Shown: positions 19,123-28,852 of the stretch, piece by piece
Position numbering within the stretch: position 1 is the first letter of the stretch
Layout of the letters: the number at the start of each line of letters is the position of its first letter
IMG/VR virus record: IMGVR_UViG_3300032331_003609
Span: 62,001 to 126,000 of that record
Reading direction: 5' to 3' (one strand)
Length of the DNA stretch: 64,000 nt
Made by a program: the position numbers and the translations under genes
Notes under the pieces: generated by a model
The model's input: only the letters and a program-made list of their open reading frames with translations
Told to the model about the DNA's origin: nothing
Database searches by the model: none

Positions 19123-21612
19123 ATGCCATTAATTTTAAGAAATGTAAAGGGTTCAGCTTTAACCATCCAAGAGATGGATAATAACCTTGAGTATTTATAC
19201 AATAGAACATCCGTTGGAACTTCTGGATCTTCGGGTACTTCTGGTGTTCAAGGAGCTCAGGGTAATACTGGATCTACCGGAGCACAAGGAGCAGCAGGAT
19301 CGGGTGCTCAGGGAGCAGCAGGATCAACGGGAGCACAGGGTAATACTGGATCTACTGGAGCACAAGGAGCAGCAGGTGCAGGAGCACAAGGAGCAACAGG
19401 AGTTGGAGCACAAGGAGCACAAGGATCAACTGGGGCACAAGGTAATAGTGGATCGACAGGAGCACAAGGAGCAGCAGGTGCAGGAGCACAAGGAGCAGCA
19501 GGTGCAGGATCACAAGGAGCAGCAGGTGGAACAGGAGCACAGGGTAGTATTGGATCTACAGGAGCACAAGGATCTAAGGGAGACACAGGAGCTGGTGCTC
19601 AGGGAGCTACGGGAGCACAGGGTAATACTGGATCTACAGGAGCACAAGGATCTAAGGGAGACACAGGAGCTGGTGCTCAAGGAGCAGTAGGCGGAACAGG
19701 AGCACAAGGGGATACAGGATCTACAGGAGCACAAGGAGCAGCAGGTGCAGGAGCACAAGGAGCAACAGGATCAGGTGCTCAAGGAGCAGCAGGTGGAACA
19801 GGAGCACAGGGGGATACAGGATCTACAGGAGCGCAGGGAGCAGCAGGTGCAGGAGCGCAAGGAGCAGTAGGCGGAACAGGAGCACAAGGGGATACAGGAT
19901 CTACAGGAGCACAAGGAGCTAAAGGTGATACCGGAGCTGGTGCTCAGGGAGCACAAGGAACAGCGGGTGGAGAAGGAGCCCAAGGAGCAACTGGATTACA
20001 AGGAGATACAGGAGCTCAAGGATCTGATGGAGCACAAGGAGCTCAAGGATCTGATGGAGCACAAGGAGCTCAAGGATCTGATGGAGCACAAGGAACTAAA
20101 GGAGATAACGGAGCACAAGGTGACACAGGAGCACAAGGTACTAAAGGAGACGCTGGAGCACAAGGAGCTAAAGGAGACAACGGAGCACAAGGAGATACAG
20201 GAGCACAAGGTACTAAAGGAGACGCTGGAGCACAAGGAGCTAAAGGAGACAACGGAGCACAAGGTAACAATGGATCTGATGGAGCACAAGGAACTAAAGG
20301 AGATATAGGATCACAAGGATCAAAAGGTGATACTGGGGCACAAGGAGCTTCAGGAGCACAGGGATCAACAGGAGCACAGGGAACTGACGGAACATCAATT
20401 AAGTGGATGGGCGGATGGGTAAATAATATACCATATGGAAGAAATGATGTAGTTCAGTATAACGGGGATACCTATATAGGTCAAATTGATTCCATCACGG
20501 TCGGAACTTCCCCAGATAATAATTTGGCACAGTGGGATATATTTGTTCTTTCCGGAGAAGGAGCACAGGGAACAACTGGATCTAATGGAGCACAAGGAGC
20601 AACTGGATCTAATGGAGCACAAGGAGCAACTGGATTTGATGGAGCTCAGGGTGCTAAAGGGGATACAGGAACACAGGGAGCAGCTGGACCTCAAGGAGAA
20701 GCAGGAACATCAGGCGCTAGTGGAGCACAGGGTGTTGCAGGATCTTCTGGCATCACCGGTACATCAGGATCTTCTGGTAGTGCTGGTACATCAGGAAGTT
20801 CGGGTAGTACTGGAACATCAGGAAATTCTGGTAGTGCTGGTACATCAGGAAGTTCAGGAAGTTCGGGTAGCACTGGAACATCAGGAAGTTCGGGTGCTAC
20901 TGGAGGAGCAGGAACCTCAGGAACCTCAGGAACAAGAGGTACGTCAGGAAGTTCTGGGACTTCCGGTGCTACAGGAACCTCAGGAACATCAGGAGCAGTA
21001 GGAGCACAAGGAGCAGCAAATACAGGAGCACAAGGTTCAGACGGTGCACAGGGTGCTAAAGGAACTTCAGGAACATCTGGAGCTGTTGGGGGTGCAGGAA
21101 CATCAGGGACATCCGGTGCTAGTGGAGCACAAGGAGCAGCAAACACAGGAGCACAAGGAGCACAAGGAGCAACAGGAGCACAAGGAGCAGCAAACACAGG
21201 TGCACAAGGAGCAACCGGGTCTGGATTCTCAACAATCACTAGTTATTCAGATGGTAGAATCCTAATTTCAGATGGTGGATCTAATACTGCTAAATGTAAC
21301 TCTAGTGTTACAGTAAGTGGAAATAATATTTATGCAGATGCTTTCTATCAGAATTCAAGTATTCTATTAAAAACAAACGTAGAGACATATAAAGATAGCG
21401 CTATAAATCTATTAAAGGGAGTTGAAGTTGTTAAATTTAATTACAAACACGATTTAGATGTTAATCATATTGGATTTATAGCAGAAAATACTCCAGAGGA
21501 ATTATCTACATCAAAAAGAAATACTATGGATGTTCCCTCTGTTGTTGGTGTTTTAATTAAAGCTATACAAGAATTATCTGATAAAATAGAAGAGCTAAAA
21601 AATAAGAATTAA
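19123..21612 (+). CDS. Collagen-like tail fibre with C-terminal intramolecular chaperone (peptidase S74-like)
   Basis: Long Gly-X-Y (GAQ/GAT/GKD-type) tracts; C-terminal SS..LKTNV...IGFIAE coiled-coil end. Confidence 0.85.
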   Translation: MPLILRNVKGSALTIQEMDNNLEYLYNRTSVGTSGSSGTSGVQGAQGNTGSTGAQGAAGSGAQGAAGSTGAQGNTGSTGAQGAAGAGAQGATGVGAQGAQGSTGAQGNSGSTGAQGAAGAGAQGAAGAGSQGAAGGTGAQGSIGSTGAQGSKGDTGAGAQGATGAQGNTGSTGAQGSKGDTGAGAQGAVGGTGAQGDTGSTGAQGAAGAGAQGATGSGAQGAAGGTGAQGDTGSTGAQGAAGAGAQGAVGGTGAQGDTGSTGAQGAKGDTGAGAQGAQGTAGGEGAQGATGLQGDTGAQGSDGAQGAQGSDGAQGAQGSDGAQGTKGDNGAQGDTGAQGTKGDAGAQGAKGDNGAQGDTGAQGTKGDAGAQGAKGDNGAQGNNGSDGAQGTKGDIGSQGSKGDTGAQGASGAQGSTGAQGTDGTSIKWMGGWVNNIPYGRNDVVQYNGDTYIGQIDSITVGTSPDNNLAQWDIFVLSGEGAQGTTGSNGAQGATGSNGAQGATGFDGAQGAKGDTGTQGAAGPQGEAGTSGASGAQGVAGSSGITGTSGSSGSAGTSGSSGSTGTSGNSGSAGTSGSSGSSGSTGTSGSSGATGGAGTSGTSGTRGTSGSSGTSGATGTSGTSGAVGAQGAANTGAQGSDGAQGAKGTSGTSGAVGGAGTSGTSGASGAQGAANTGAQGAQGATGAQGAANTGAQGATGSGFSTITSYSDGRILISDGGSNTAKCNSSVTVSGNNIYADAFYQNSSILLKTNVETYKDSAINLLKGVEVVKFNYKHDLDVNHIGFIAENTPEELSTSKRNTMDVPSVVGVLIKAIQELSDKIEELKNKN

Positions 21613-21617
21613 GTTTC

Positions 21618-24602
21618 ATGGCAAATGTTCAATGGTTAGGAGAATGGATTAGTAGCAGCCCTTATGGGAGAGGTGATATAGTTTCGTATCAAGGTATTAC
21701 GTATATCTTATCACCGCTAGATCCAGGAATCAATGGTGTGCCTGCATTTTCACCAAATCCGTATACTGATACTGCAAGTTGGAACGTGGTAGTTACTAGT
21801 GGAACTTCAGGATCTGCTGGATCTGCTGGATCATCAGGATCTGCTGGATCATCAGGATCGTCTGGATTTTCAGGAGCACAAGGGGATTCGGGATTACAGG
21901 GTGCTCAAGGATCTAATGGAGCACAGGGAGCAACAGGTTCAGGAGCACAGGGAGCAACAGGTTCAGGAGCACAAGGAGCTGCTGGAGCACAAGGCAATAC
22001 AGGATCTAATGGAGCACAAGGAACTAAAGGAGACACAGGAGCACAGGGATCAACAGGTTCAGGAGCACAGGGAGCAACAGGAACACAAGGAACCAAAGGT
22101 GACACAGGAGCACAAGGAACTAATGGATCTGATGGAGCACAAGGAGCTAAAGGCGACACAGGAGCACAAGGCAATACAGGATTTGATGGAGCACAAGGAA
22201 CTAAAGGTGACACAGGAGCACAGGGAGCAACCGGATTACAGGGAGCACAGGGAACTAATGGAGCACAAGGAGCAACCGGATTACAGGGAGCACAAGGAAC
22301 CAACGGAGCACAAGGAGCAACCGGATTACAGGGAGCACAAGGAACCAACGGGGCACAAGGAGCAACCGGATTACAGGGAGCACAAGGAGCACAGGGTGAC
22401 ACAGGAGCACAAGGTTCGGAAGGAGCACAGGGTACTAAAGGAGATACAGGAGCACAAGGATCAGTAGGAGCACAAGGATCTAAGGGTGAAACTGGATCAC
22501 AAGGATCTGATGGACTTCAGGGAGCACAAGGATATGGTGGGGATCACGGAGCACAAGGCGAGTCTGGTTTACAGGGTGCTCAGGGATTAACAGGAGCACA
22601 GGGATTAACAGGAGCGCAGGGCACTAAAGGTAGCACCGGATCCACAGGAGCACAAGGAGCAGCAGGAACTTCCGGAACATCAGGAGCAGTAGGAGCGCAG
22701 GGAGCAGCTAACACAGGAGCACAAGGAGCATCAGGAACTTCTGGAACATCAGGGGAAACAGGAGCACAAGGAGCAACTGGATCAGGAGCACAGGGATCAA
22801 CCGGGTCTGAAGGAGCACAGGGTTCTAAAGGAGATACAGGAGCACAAGGATCAGTAGGATCAGGAGCTCAAGGAGCAACAGGATCAGGAGCTCAAGGAGC
22901 GGCAGGATCTAGTGGATCTTCAGGATCTAGTGGAACATCAGGAACTAGTGTAAGTTTCAATACAACTTCTAATACGTCTTTAACCCTTTGTGGTAGTTTA
23001 TGTAATGACTATGATATAACTGATAGTACTTCAACAAGTACCTATTATGTATATCCAACAAGACAATTAGATTATAGCAGCTTTGTAGGAACAATAACAA
23101 TAAACTGGGAAGCATTTGATAACCCAAATAGATTTACAATAAAGGATGCAGCGGGTTCAACAGTTTGGACAAGTAACTGGGTTGGTTATGCAAGTTTTGC
23201 TGGACCGTGGGGAGCAAGTATTAACACGGTAACTACTGGATATACAACATTCAGTGCTTCAAATCAGATTTACACATTACTGGTAGAAACATCAGGTGAC
23301 GGAGGAGGGACTAGCGATGCATGGCACGTGTCTTCAACCTGTACTGGCGGCGGAAGCAGTCAGAGAACGATGACTGTAGGCAGCGGTCTTTCTTATGTTC
23401 CTGGCCATACTATTATAGTTAGCTATAATTCTTCTAACTATATTATTGGAACTGTAGTTTCGTATTCAGGATCAACCTTGATATTCAATGTTAATTCATG
23501 TTACGGATCTGGAACATACACTAACTGGTCAATAACACTATCAGGATTAAGGGGATTTGATGGCACATCAGGTACATCCGGAATATCAGGGTCTTCAGGT
23601 AGCAACGGATCATCAGGATCTTCTGGTAGTAATGGATCATCAGGATCCTCTGGCAGTAGCGGATCCTCGGGAGCTTCAGGAGTACAAGGATCAACAGGAG
23701 CACAAGGTGCTAAGGGAGATACGGGAGCACAGGGAACTAAAGGTGATACTGGATCTCAGGGAGCAGCAAATACTGGAGCACAAGGAGCAGCGGGAGCGCA
23801 GGGAACTAAAGGTGATACAGGTTCACAAGGGCTACAAGGAGATCCTTCACCAGTAGGTGCACAAGGAGCAGCAGGAGCCCAGGGAGCTCAAGGGCAAACT
23901 GGAGCAGGAGCGCAAGGAGCAGCAGGAGCGCAAGGAGTTAAAGGAGACGGAGGTGGAACCGGAGCACAGGGAGCACAAGGAGTTAAAGGAGCACCCGGAG
24001 TAGGAGATATAGGAGCACAGGGAGCAGCAGGAGCACAGGGAGCAGCAGGAGCACAAGGAGCTAAAGGAGACGCCGGTGGAACTGGAGCACAAGGAGCTAA
24101 AGGAGACGCCGGGGGAACTGGAGCACAAGGAGCTAAAGGAGATGCTGGTGAACCTTCACCAGCGGGAGCGCAGGGAGCAGCTGGTGGATTCACTACCGAT
24201 TCAAATGCCCAAGTTAATTCTCTAGGCGTTGGTGTTGGACCATCAGGAACCAAAGGAAGTATTATAGCAACAAACGATATCATAGGATATTACTCATCAG
24301 ATGAGAGATTGAAAGAAAATATCAAATTAATTCAAGGATCTTTGGAAAAGATGAAACAGATAGGAGGCTACGAATTTGATTGGATTCCCAACATAGGAAT
24401 ACACTCAAACGAAGGTCATGATGTTGGGGTAATCGCTCAACAAATAGAAAAGATCCTACCAGAGGTCGTAACCACTAGAGATAATGGATACAAGGCTGTT
24501 AAATACGAAAAAATAGTAGCTCTTCTGATTGAGGGTATTAAGGATTTACATTCTATGGTTCTTGATTTACATAAAGAAATTGAAAAAATTAAGAATGCTT
24601 AA
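21618..24602 (+). CDS. Collagen-like tail fibre with S74 chaperone domain
   Basis: Gly-X-Y tracts, central globular domain, [10 protein letters not shown]...[15 protein letters not shown]...AVKYEK. Confidence 0.9.
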   Translation: MANVQWLGEWISSSPYGRGDIVSYQGITYILSPLDPGINGVPAFSPNPYTDTASWNVVVTSGTSGSAGSAGSSGSAGSSGSSGFSGAQGDSGLQGAQGSNGAQGATGSGAQGATGSGAQGAAGAQGNTGSNGAQGTKGDTGAQGSTGSGAQGATGTQGTKGDTGAQGTNGSDGAQGAKGDTGAQGNTGFDGAQGTKGDTGAQGATGLQGAQGTNGAQGATGLQGAQGTNGAQGATGLQGAQGTNGAQGATGLQGAQGAQGDTGAQGSEGAQGTKGDTGAQGSVGAQGSKGETGSQGSDGLQGAQGYGGDHGAQGESGLQGAQGLTGAQGLTGAQGTKGSTGSTGAQGAAGTSGTSGAVGAQGAANTGAQGASGTSGTSGETGAQGATGSGAQGSTGSEGAQGSKGDTGAQGSVGSGAQGATGSGAQGAAGSSGSSGSSGTSGTSVSFNTTSNTSLTLCGSLCNDYDITDSTSTSTYYVYPTRQLDYSSFVGTITINWEAFDNPNRFTIKDAAGSTVWTSNWVGYASFAGPWGASINTVTTGYTTFSASNQIYTLLVETSGDGGGTSDAWHVSSTCTGGGSSQRTMTVGSGLSYVPGHTIIVSYNSSNYIIGTVVSYSGSTLIFNVNSCYGSGTYTNWSITLSGLRGFDGTSGTSGISGSSGSNGSSGSSGSNGSSGSSGSSGSSGASGVQGSTGAQGAKGDTGAQGTKGDTGSQGAANTGAQGAAGAQGTKGDTGSQGLQGDPSPVGAQGAAGAQGAQGQTGAGAQGAAGAQGVKGDGGGTGAQGAQGVKGAPGVGDIGAQGAAGAQGAAGAQGAKGDAGGTGAQGAKGDAGGTGAQGAKGDAGEPSPAGAQGAAGGFTTDSNAQVNSLGVGVGPSGTKGSIIATNDIIGYYSSDERLKENIKLIQGSLEKMKQIGGYEFDWIPNIGIHSNEGHDVGVIAQQIEKILPEVVTTRDNGYKAVKYEKIVALLIEGIKDLHSMVLDLHKEIEKIKNA

Positions 24603-24605
24603 GAA

Positions 24606-25448
24606 ATGGCAAGAGCAATAAAAGCACTAATTACCAGGCAGGATTTAATAGACATGGCTAATGATGGACTGGTACTTCTTCGCCCAGGATCGGGAATAGA
24701 AAGTTCTGGAAACTATATTAACAAAGTGTTATCAAGAGAAGAGATTGCTAATTTTGCTTATATTTATGGAGGAAATTATGATTTAGGAGGAGGGGTATTT
24801 ACAAGTAGCGTTGTTTTTACCGGGCCTGAAACAACAGCGCCAACTCCTGGATTTGCTTATGATCTTGCTACTGTTTCTATATTCAAACCTGATCCATCAG
24901 TAGACGGAAAGAATCCAAATTCGGGATCAATTACGGATGTTTACACAGGTATTCCCCAAGATAAAAATAGAATGACACATTATGGTACAGATGCTAGGTT
25001 TAGCGATACTATAGTTTCACCAACAGTGGGTGTCTACAGTAAAACGGTTCATATAAATAATCAAAGAGCAGAACAGGGTCTTTTTACAGCGACCCTAACT
25101 GTAGGAAAGAGCGGAACAACACCAACAGCTACATACACTAGATCTAGTGTCGGATCAACGGACCTTTCGGGTAACATTAGACTCGGTAATTTGGTAAATT
25201 TTAGTTTGGTTCCGCCATCCGTTTGGACTACTCCGGGAACGTTAATTCTGGAGGTGTTTGAAAATAGTGTTTTACAGTATAGCAAAAGCTTAGCAATTGC
25301 AGGATATAGTACAGGGTCGCTATCAATAACTAACTATCCAATAAGATTTGGCATAAATTATGAATTTAAAGGAAAATCAACAATGGTAACAGAATTCACT
25401 GGGGCATTTAGTAATGTAACGGGTCAAAGAGCTTGTAACTTATTGTAA
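24606..25448 (+). CDS. Putative virion/tail-associated protein
   Basis: Thr/Ser/Gly-rich beta composition, co-transcribed with fibres. Confidence 0.5.
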   Translation: MARAIKALITRQDLIDMANDGLVLLRPGSGIESSGNYINKVLSREEIANFAYIYGGNYDLGGGVFTSSVVFTGPETTAPTPGFAYDLATVSIFKPDPSVDGKNPNSGSITDVYTGIPQDKNRMTHYGTDARFSDTIVSPTVGVYSKTVHINNQRAEQGLFTATLTVGKSGTTPTATYTRSSVGSTDLSGNIRLGNLVNFSLVPPSVWTTPGTLILEVFENSVLQYSKSLAIAGYSTGSLSITNYPIRFGINYEFKGKSTMVTEFTGAFSNVTGQRACNLL

Positions 25449-25459
25449 AACAATTTAAA

Positions 25460-27067
25460 ATGGCAGCAACTACAACAACAATAACATTTGATTTTACAAA
25501 AACCAACCCGTTAAAAAGATGGCAGTTTAATCCAAATGGTGCAACATCTTATTTGTTTAGTGATACCACAATTAGCGGGCCAACGGCTCAAACAGTTGCT
25601 GATGGAAGTCTTTTTAAAATATCCAGATCCGACGATCAATATAACGGATTAACAGAGGGAACCGGAGCATCTATTTCTCTTGATGCGTCCATGAATGAGC
25701 TATTGGGTATATCAAGTACTAATACCTTTGTTAAACGTCTAATAATAGTTCCGCATTTTAAAGTGTTTAATAACTGGTCAGGCATGAACACATCAGCTTT
25801 ACAGACTATAGGAGAAGCGGGTAGATGGATTAATACAAACCAGCCCCTGTCAGTAATGTTTAAATCTAAGATCCGATTTATAAACAGATCTGATGGCTAT
25901 TATATGCAAGCCTGGCCTGCTAATGCTGGTGGATTTAATATTAGTAATACTGGTTGGGCTAATTTTGATACTGATATTAATCTTCTTTCTGTTGGATATG
26001 ACACAGTTGAATCCTATGCAGCAAATACTGAGGCATTAGATTATGTTGGAAATTCTGCTTCAAATGCTATCTTCATAGATGATTTTAACAACTATAGATA
26101 TACCTCAGATACTAGAATATTTAATACCGGAAAAATTAGTAACAGTGTAACTTCCAGTAGTGTTGCAACTCAGTATAAGGTTTTAAATTTTTCCCCAAAT
26201 AATTTTGATACTGCAACTCTTGAAGCAAGTAGCGATTTTGGTGAATATTGGGCATATCCTCTATTGACAACAGATAAAGTTAGATTTGAAATACCATTTG
26301 CTATAACAATTCCTCAATTCCAACACGTTTGGACAGATTGGCCATGGAATAAATCGAGAAAAACCCTAACCACCGATTTAGTATTTACAAAGATTGAATT
26401 CAAAGTGATGTATGATACGATATCAGAATATAAAGCTAAATTTTATGCACCAGTAGATCCAATATTTTCAGCTAATGTCGCTCCAGGTCAGGTGTGGCTA
26501 GATCCAGAAAAAACAATTCTTGTTCCTGCTGGATATTTGGCAAGAAGTGGAAAATACGCTCTTGTAAATGAATTCGGTGTAGCTAATGGATTAAGAAATT
26601 GCCAAGCTAAAATTATTCTTACCGCCTCTGATAACGGAACAGTATCATCATCATATCCAACAGCAGTAAGTGGTTATGGGGATTACAATTTTAATCCTGA
26701 TGTTTCTTATATCACATTAGATGCAGCTCCTAATTATCCGATAGTTTTTGACAGCTGGGAAGCTACAGATTTTGATGGTAATGTTACAACATTAAGCTAT
26801 GATTCAACAATTAATGTTTATAATGGACTTTACGCAAGTATAAAACCAATATTCACAGAGAGCACTCCTGGTCCAAGCCCAAGCCCAACTCCTGGACCAA
26901 CTCCTGGTGGATCCTGTAATCAATATATGACAACGTACGCAGGAACATACACATATACGAATTGTTATGGTAGTTCACAAACATCATATGTCGGAAGTGG
27001 TCAAGAAATATGCGCACAAGCTGCACCAGGTGTTCCTGCAGGTGGAGGATTCTGTCCGCAACCTTAA
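25460..27067 (+). CDS. Putative virion protein with Pro/Thr linker and small Cys-rich C-terminal domain
   Basis: TPGPSPSPTPGPTPGG linker then C..YTYTNC..C..C. Confidence 0.5.
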   Translation: MAATTTTITFDFTKTNPLKRWQFNPNGATSYLFSDTTISGPTAQTVADGSLFKISRSDDQYNGLTEGTGASISLDASMNELLGISSTNTFVKRLIIVPHFKVFNNWSGMNTSALQTIGEAGRWINTNQPLSVMFKSKIRFINRSDGYYMQAWPANAGGFNISNTGWANFDTDINLLSVGYDTVESYAANTEALDYVGNSASNAIFIDDFNNYRYTSDTRIFNTGKISNSVTSSSVATQYKVLNFSPNNFDTATLEASSDFGEYWAYPLLTTDKVRFEIPFAITIPQFQHVWTDWPWNKSRKTLTTDLVFTKIEFKVMYDTISEYKAKFYAPVDPIFSANVAPGQVWLDPEKTILVPAGYLARSGKYALVNEFGVANGLRNCQAKIILTASDNGTVSSSYPTAVSGYGDYNFNPDVSYITLDAAPNYPIVFDSWEATDFDGNVTTLSYDSTINVYNGLYASIKPIFTESTPGPSPSPTPGPTPGGSCNQYMTTYAGTYTYTNCYGSSQTSYVGSGQEICAQAAPGVPAGGGFCPQP

Positions 27068-27085
27068 TGATATATAAAATCAATT

Positions 27086-27307
27086 ATGAAAACATACTTT
27101 AATAAAGATTCATCTTTTTTCTGTCTAGACGACATAGAGCAATCGTACACACAGATAAATGTATTTGGTGATGAAAATGTTATAGTTAAAGGAACTAAAA
27201 CCCAAATCTTTGAGTATTTAATGAGCATAGCATCAGATTCTACAGAATCATCGGCAGGAGAATTTCTTCAGAAAAAATTAGATGCTTTAAATAATATTGG
27301 TCTTTAA
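27086..27307 (+). CDS. Hypothetical protein
   Basis: ORF preceded by GATATATA motif at 27069. Confidence 0.6.
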   Translation: MKTYFNKDSSFFCLDDIEQSYTQINVFGDENVIVKGTKTQIFEYLMSIASDSTESSAGEFLQKKLDALNNIGL

Positions 27308-27332
27308 TTCTCTCTTTATCGTAACTTTTTCT

Positions 27333-27370
27333 TATATTTGGATATAATTTAAATAGGGAAACGATATATA
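27333..27370 (+). promoter_or_regulatory. Promoter region of tRNA operon 1: TATATTTG (Bacteroidota -7 type) and GATATATA motif
   Basis: TATATTTG 27333-27340, GATATATA 27363-27370. Confidence 0.55.
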
Positions 27371-27377
27371 AATTAAA

Positions 27378-27470
27378 ATGAACAAAAGCTTCTACATATT
27401 GCCGCTTCACACTACGTCATCATCTTCATCAAGAAGACCGATAACTCATGTGGAGATACTGGGTAATTAG
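27378..27470 (+). CDS. Leader peptide 1 MNKSFYILPLHTTSSSSSRRPITHVEILGN (putative attenuator)
   Basis: 30-codon ORF between promoter motif and terminator; below ORF-track cutoff. Confidence 0.75.
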   Translation: MNKSFYILPLHTTSSSSSRRPITHVEILGN

Positions 27471-27495
27471 AAGAAACTTAAACTCATTTTCGTCT

Positions 27496-27533
27496 AAAAA
27501 GCCTAGATCCCTAATAAGATTTAGGCTTTTTTT
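27496..27533 (+). terminator. Intrinsic terminator/attenuator upstream of tRNA operon 1
   Basis: GCCTAGATC-loop-GATTTAGGC 9-bp stem plus T7. Confidence 0.85.
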
Positions 27534-27568
27534 ATTGGGTTCTTTGACATGGTGGGAAATTAAAAATT

Positions 27569-27656
27569 GGAGAGATGGCAGAGTTGGTCGATTGCGTCAG
27601 TCTTGAAAACTGAAGAACGGGAAACTGTTCCGTGGGTTCGAATCCTACTCTCTCCG
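27569..27656 (+). tRNA. tRNA-Ser (TGA)
   Basis: GGAGAGA/TCTCTCC, long variable arm, TTCGAAT, G73. Confidence 0.95.
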
Positions 27657-27699
27657 CAGGCGCAATTTCGTACCTTATACAGATATAGGGTATGAATAA

Positions 27700-27771
27700 G
27701 CATCTTAAGCATTGCAGGCGATGCGCCAGATTTGTAATCTGGATAACTCGGTTCGATTCCGGGCGGATGCT
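27700..27771 (+). tRNA. tRNA-Thr (TGT), atypical D-loop
   Basis: CCAGA-TTTGTAA-TCTGG anticodon arm, TTCGATT T-loop, GCATCT/GGATGC acceptor. Confidence 0.75.
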
Positions 27772-27864
27772 CAATACTAACGTAAAATAAGTACACTAAC
27801 ATAATATCTGTTAGAATACAAAAGTTCGGTAGCAAGGTTATTAACGCGTTTTATAAAGATATAG

Positions 27865-27985
27865 GCCGGTGTGGCGGAATGAATAATCTTGAATTCGAAT
27901 AGAGATTATTAGACGTCCCGTAATTCTAGAAAAGGTGGTGTATCCGAAATGGACATCGTGAAGGTAGTCAACCCTTCCACCGGCA
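27865..27985 (+). pseudogene. tRNA-Leu-like element with 30-nt D-loop hairpin insertion and no clear anticodon arm
   Basis: GCCGGTG/CACCGGC-A acceptor, TGGCGGAAT..AGACG, variable arm, GAAGG/CCTTC T-stem. Confidence 0.55.
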
Positions 27986-28094
27986 CCTTATTTAAGATAT
28001 TCTAAGAACAGCGTCGAGCCGGATTTTGCGTCGGTCTTAGATTAGATTTGTCCAATGGGAGAGCCGGCCGCGACCCCGGACAAATCACTATATT

Positions 28095-28168
28095 GGTTCT
28101 GTAGCTCAGTTGGATAGAGCGCCACCCTTCTAAGGTGGATGTCATTGGTTCGAATCCAATCGGGATCA
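28095..28168 (+). tRNA. tRNA-Arg (TCT)
   Basis: Canonical cloverleaf, CCACC-CTTCTAA-GGTGG. Confidence 0.93.
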
Positions 28169-28173
28169 CAATT

Positions 28174-28308
28174 AAGGTTGATTGGGGAATGGTTATGTCT
28201 ATAGCTCGAGCGTGGATACTGGCTGGCATAATCGGAGTTTGGAGGTATTCACCTAAGTAATGCCAATCGTAAAAGAGATCGTCCACTGAACCATCTTTCT
28301 CTTTCCTT
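28174..28308 (+). ncRNA. Candidate structured ncRNA inside the tRNA operon
   Basis: Nested helices AAGG/CCTT, ATGGTT/AACCAT, GTGGA/TCCAC, TGGCAT/ATGCCA, AGGT/ACCT. Confidence 0.5.
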
Positions 28309-28315
28309 AAAATAT

Positions 28316-28390
28316 GTTGGATGTAGCCTAATGGTAGGGCAAATGCTTGTGGCGCATTACGCGTGGGTTCGATCCCCATCATTCAACCCA
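28316..28390 (+). tRNA. tRNA-His (GTG)
   Basis: G-1:C73 8-bp acceptor, AATGC-TTGTGGC-GCATT, CCA. Confidence 0.93.
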
Positions 28391-28394
28391 ATAT

Positions 28395-28470
28395 CTAGAT
28401 GTAGAGGAGCCAAGTTTATCTCGCTGCTTTTGGAAAGCAGAGCACGCTGGGGCGGAGCCAGCCATTTAGA
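28395..28470 (+). tRNA. tRNA-Pro (TGG) with non-canonical D- and T-loops
   Basis: C1:G72, A73; CTGCT-TTTGGAA-AGCAG; T-arm GCTGG-GGCGGAG-CCAGC. Confidence 0.7.
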
Positions 28471-28538
28471 CAAAAAGATCAAAGAGACCGCTAAATCGAG
28501 TTAGTGAAAATCTACATTCTCTTTGGTCTTTTATATTA

Positions 28539-28612
28539 GGACTTGTAACTCAGTTGGTTAGAGTGCAACACTCATAATGTTGAAGCCCCTGGTTCGAGCC
28601 CAGGCTGGTCCA
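28539..28612 (+). tRNA. tRNA CAT, probably Ile2 (lysidine-modified, reads ATA); elongator Met not excluded
   Basis: Canonical cloverleaf CAACA-CTCATAA-TGTTG; G1:C72. Confidence 0.85.
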
Positions 28613-28698
28613 CGAAATAGTGTCTTGGTACGCTCTGAAGAAATTCAACGACAAGGTCTCGGTAAGCGAAACGCGTTCGATCTTGCCCAAAATATAAA

Positions 28699-28780
28699 GG
28701 CCCCCTGTTGTAATTGGTAGCCAATTCAGATTTAGGATCTGATGTCGCAAGACGTGTCGGTTCGAGTCCGACGGGGGTCA
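28699..28780 (+). tRNA. tRNA-Leu (TAG)
   Basis: TCAGA-TTTAGGA-TCTGA, variable arm TGTC-GCAA-GACG, TTCGAGT. Confidence 0.92.
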
Positions 28781-28852
28781 CAACAAGATTAGGTACAAAA
28801 AGATATTAAGAAACTAAACCTAAAAACGATATATAATATTCAACTAAACAAA

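Noticed and set aside
19187-24283. Many overlapping alternative-frame ORFs (EHKE-rich, PCAP-rich, CSLC-rich)
   Set aside because: Shadow frames of the repetitive GGA-GCA-CAA collagen code; no independent start signals
19123-24602. Collagen tandem repeats as a possible CRISPR array
   Set aside because: In-frame coding repeats without unique spacers; no cas genes; no repeat-spacer array seen anywhere in the window
1-27000. Giant-virus (NCLDV) or cellular origin suggested by collagens and sugar enzymes
   Set aside because: T4-type terminase, sheath, tube, gp46/47, uvsX and gp41 plus bacterial tmRNA and tRNAs indicate a myophage
27660-27860. Small hairpins between tRNA-Ser, tRNA-Thr and the Leu-like element
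   Set aside because: Short AT-rich stems with no tRNA hallmarks; cannot be distinguished from chance
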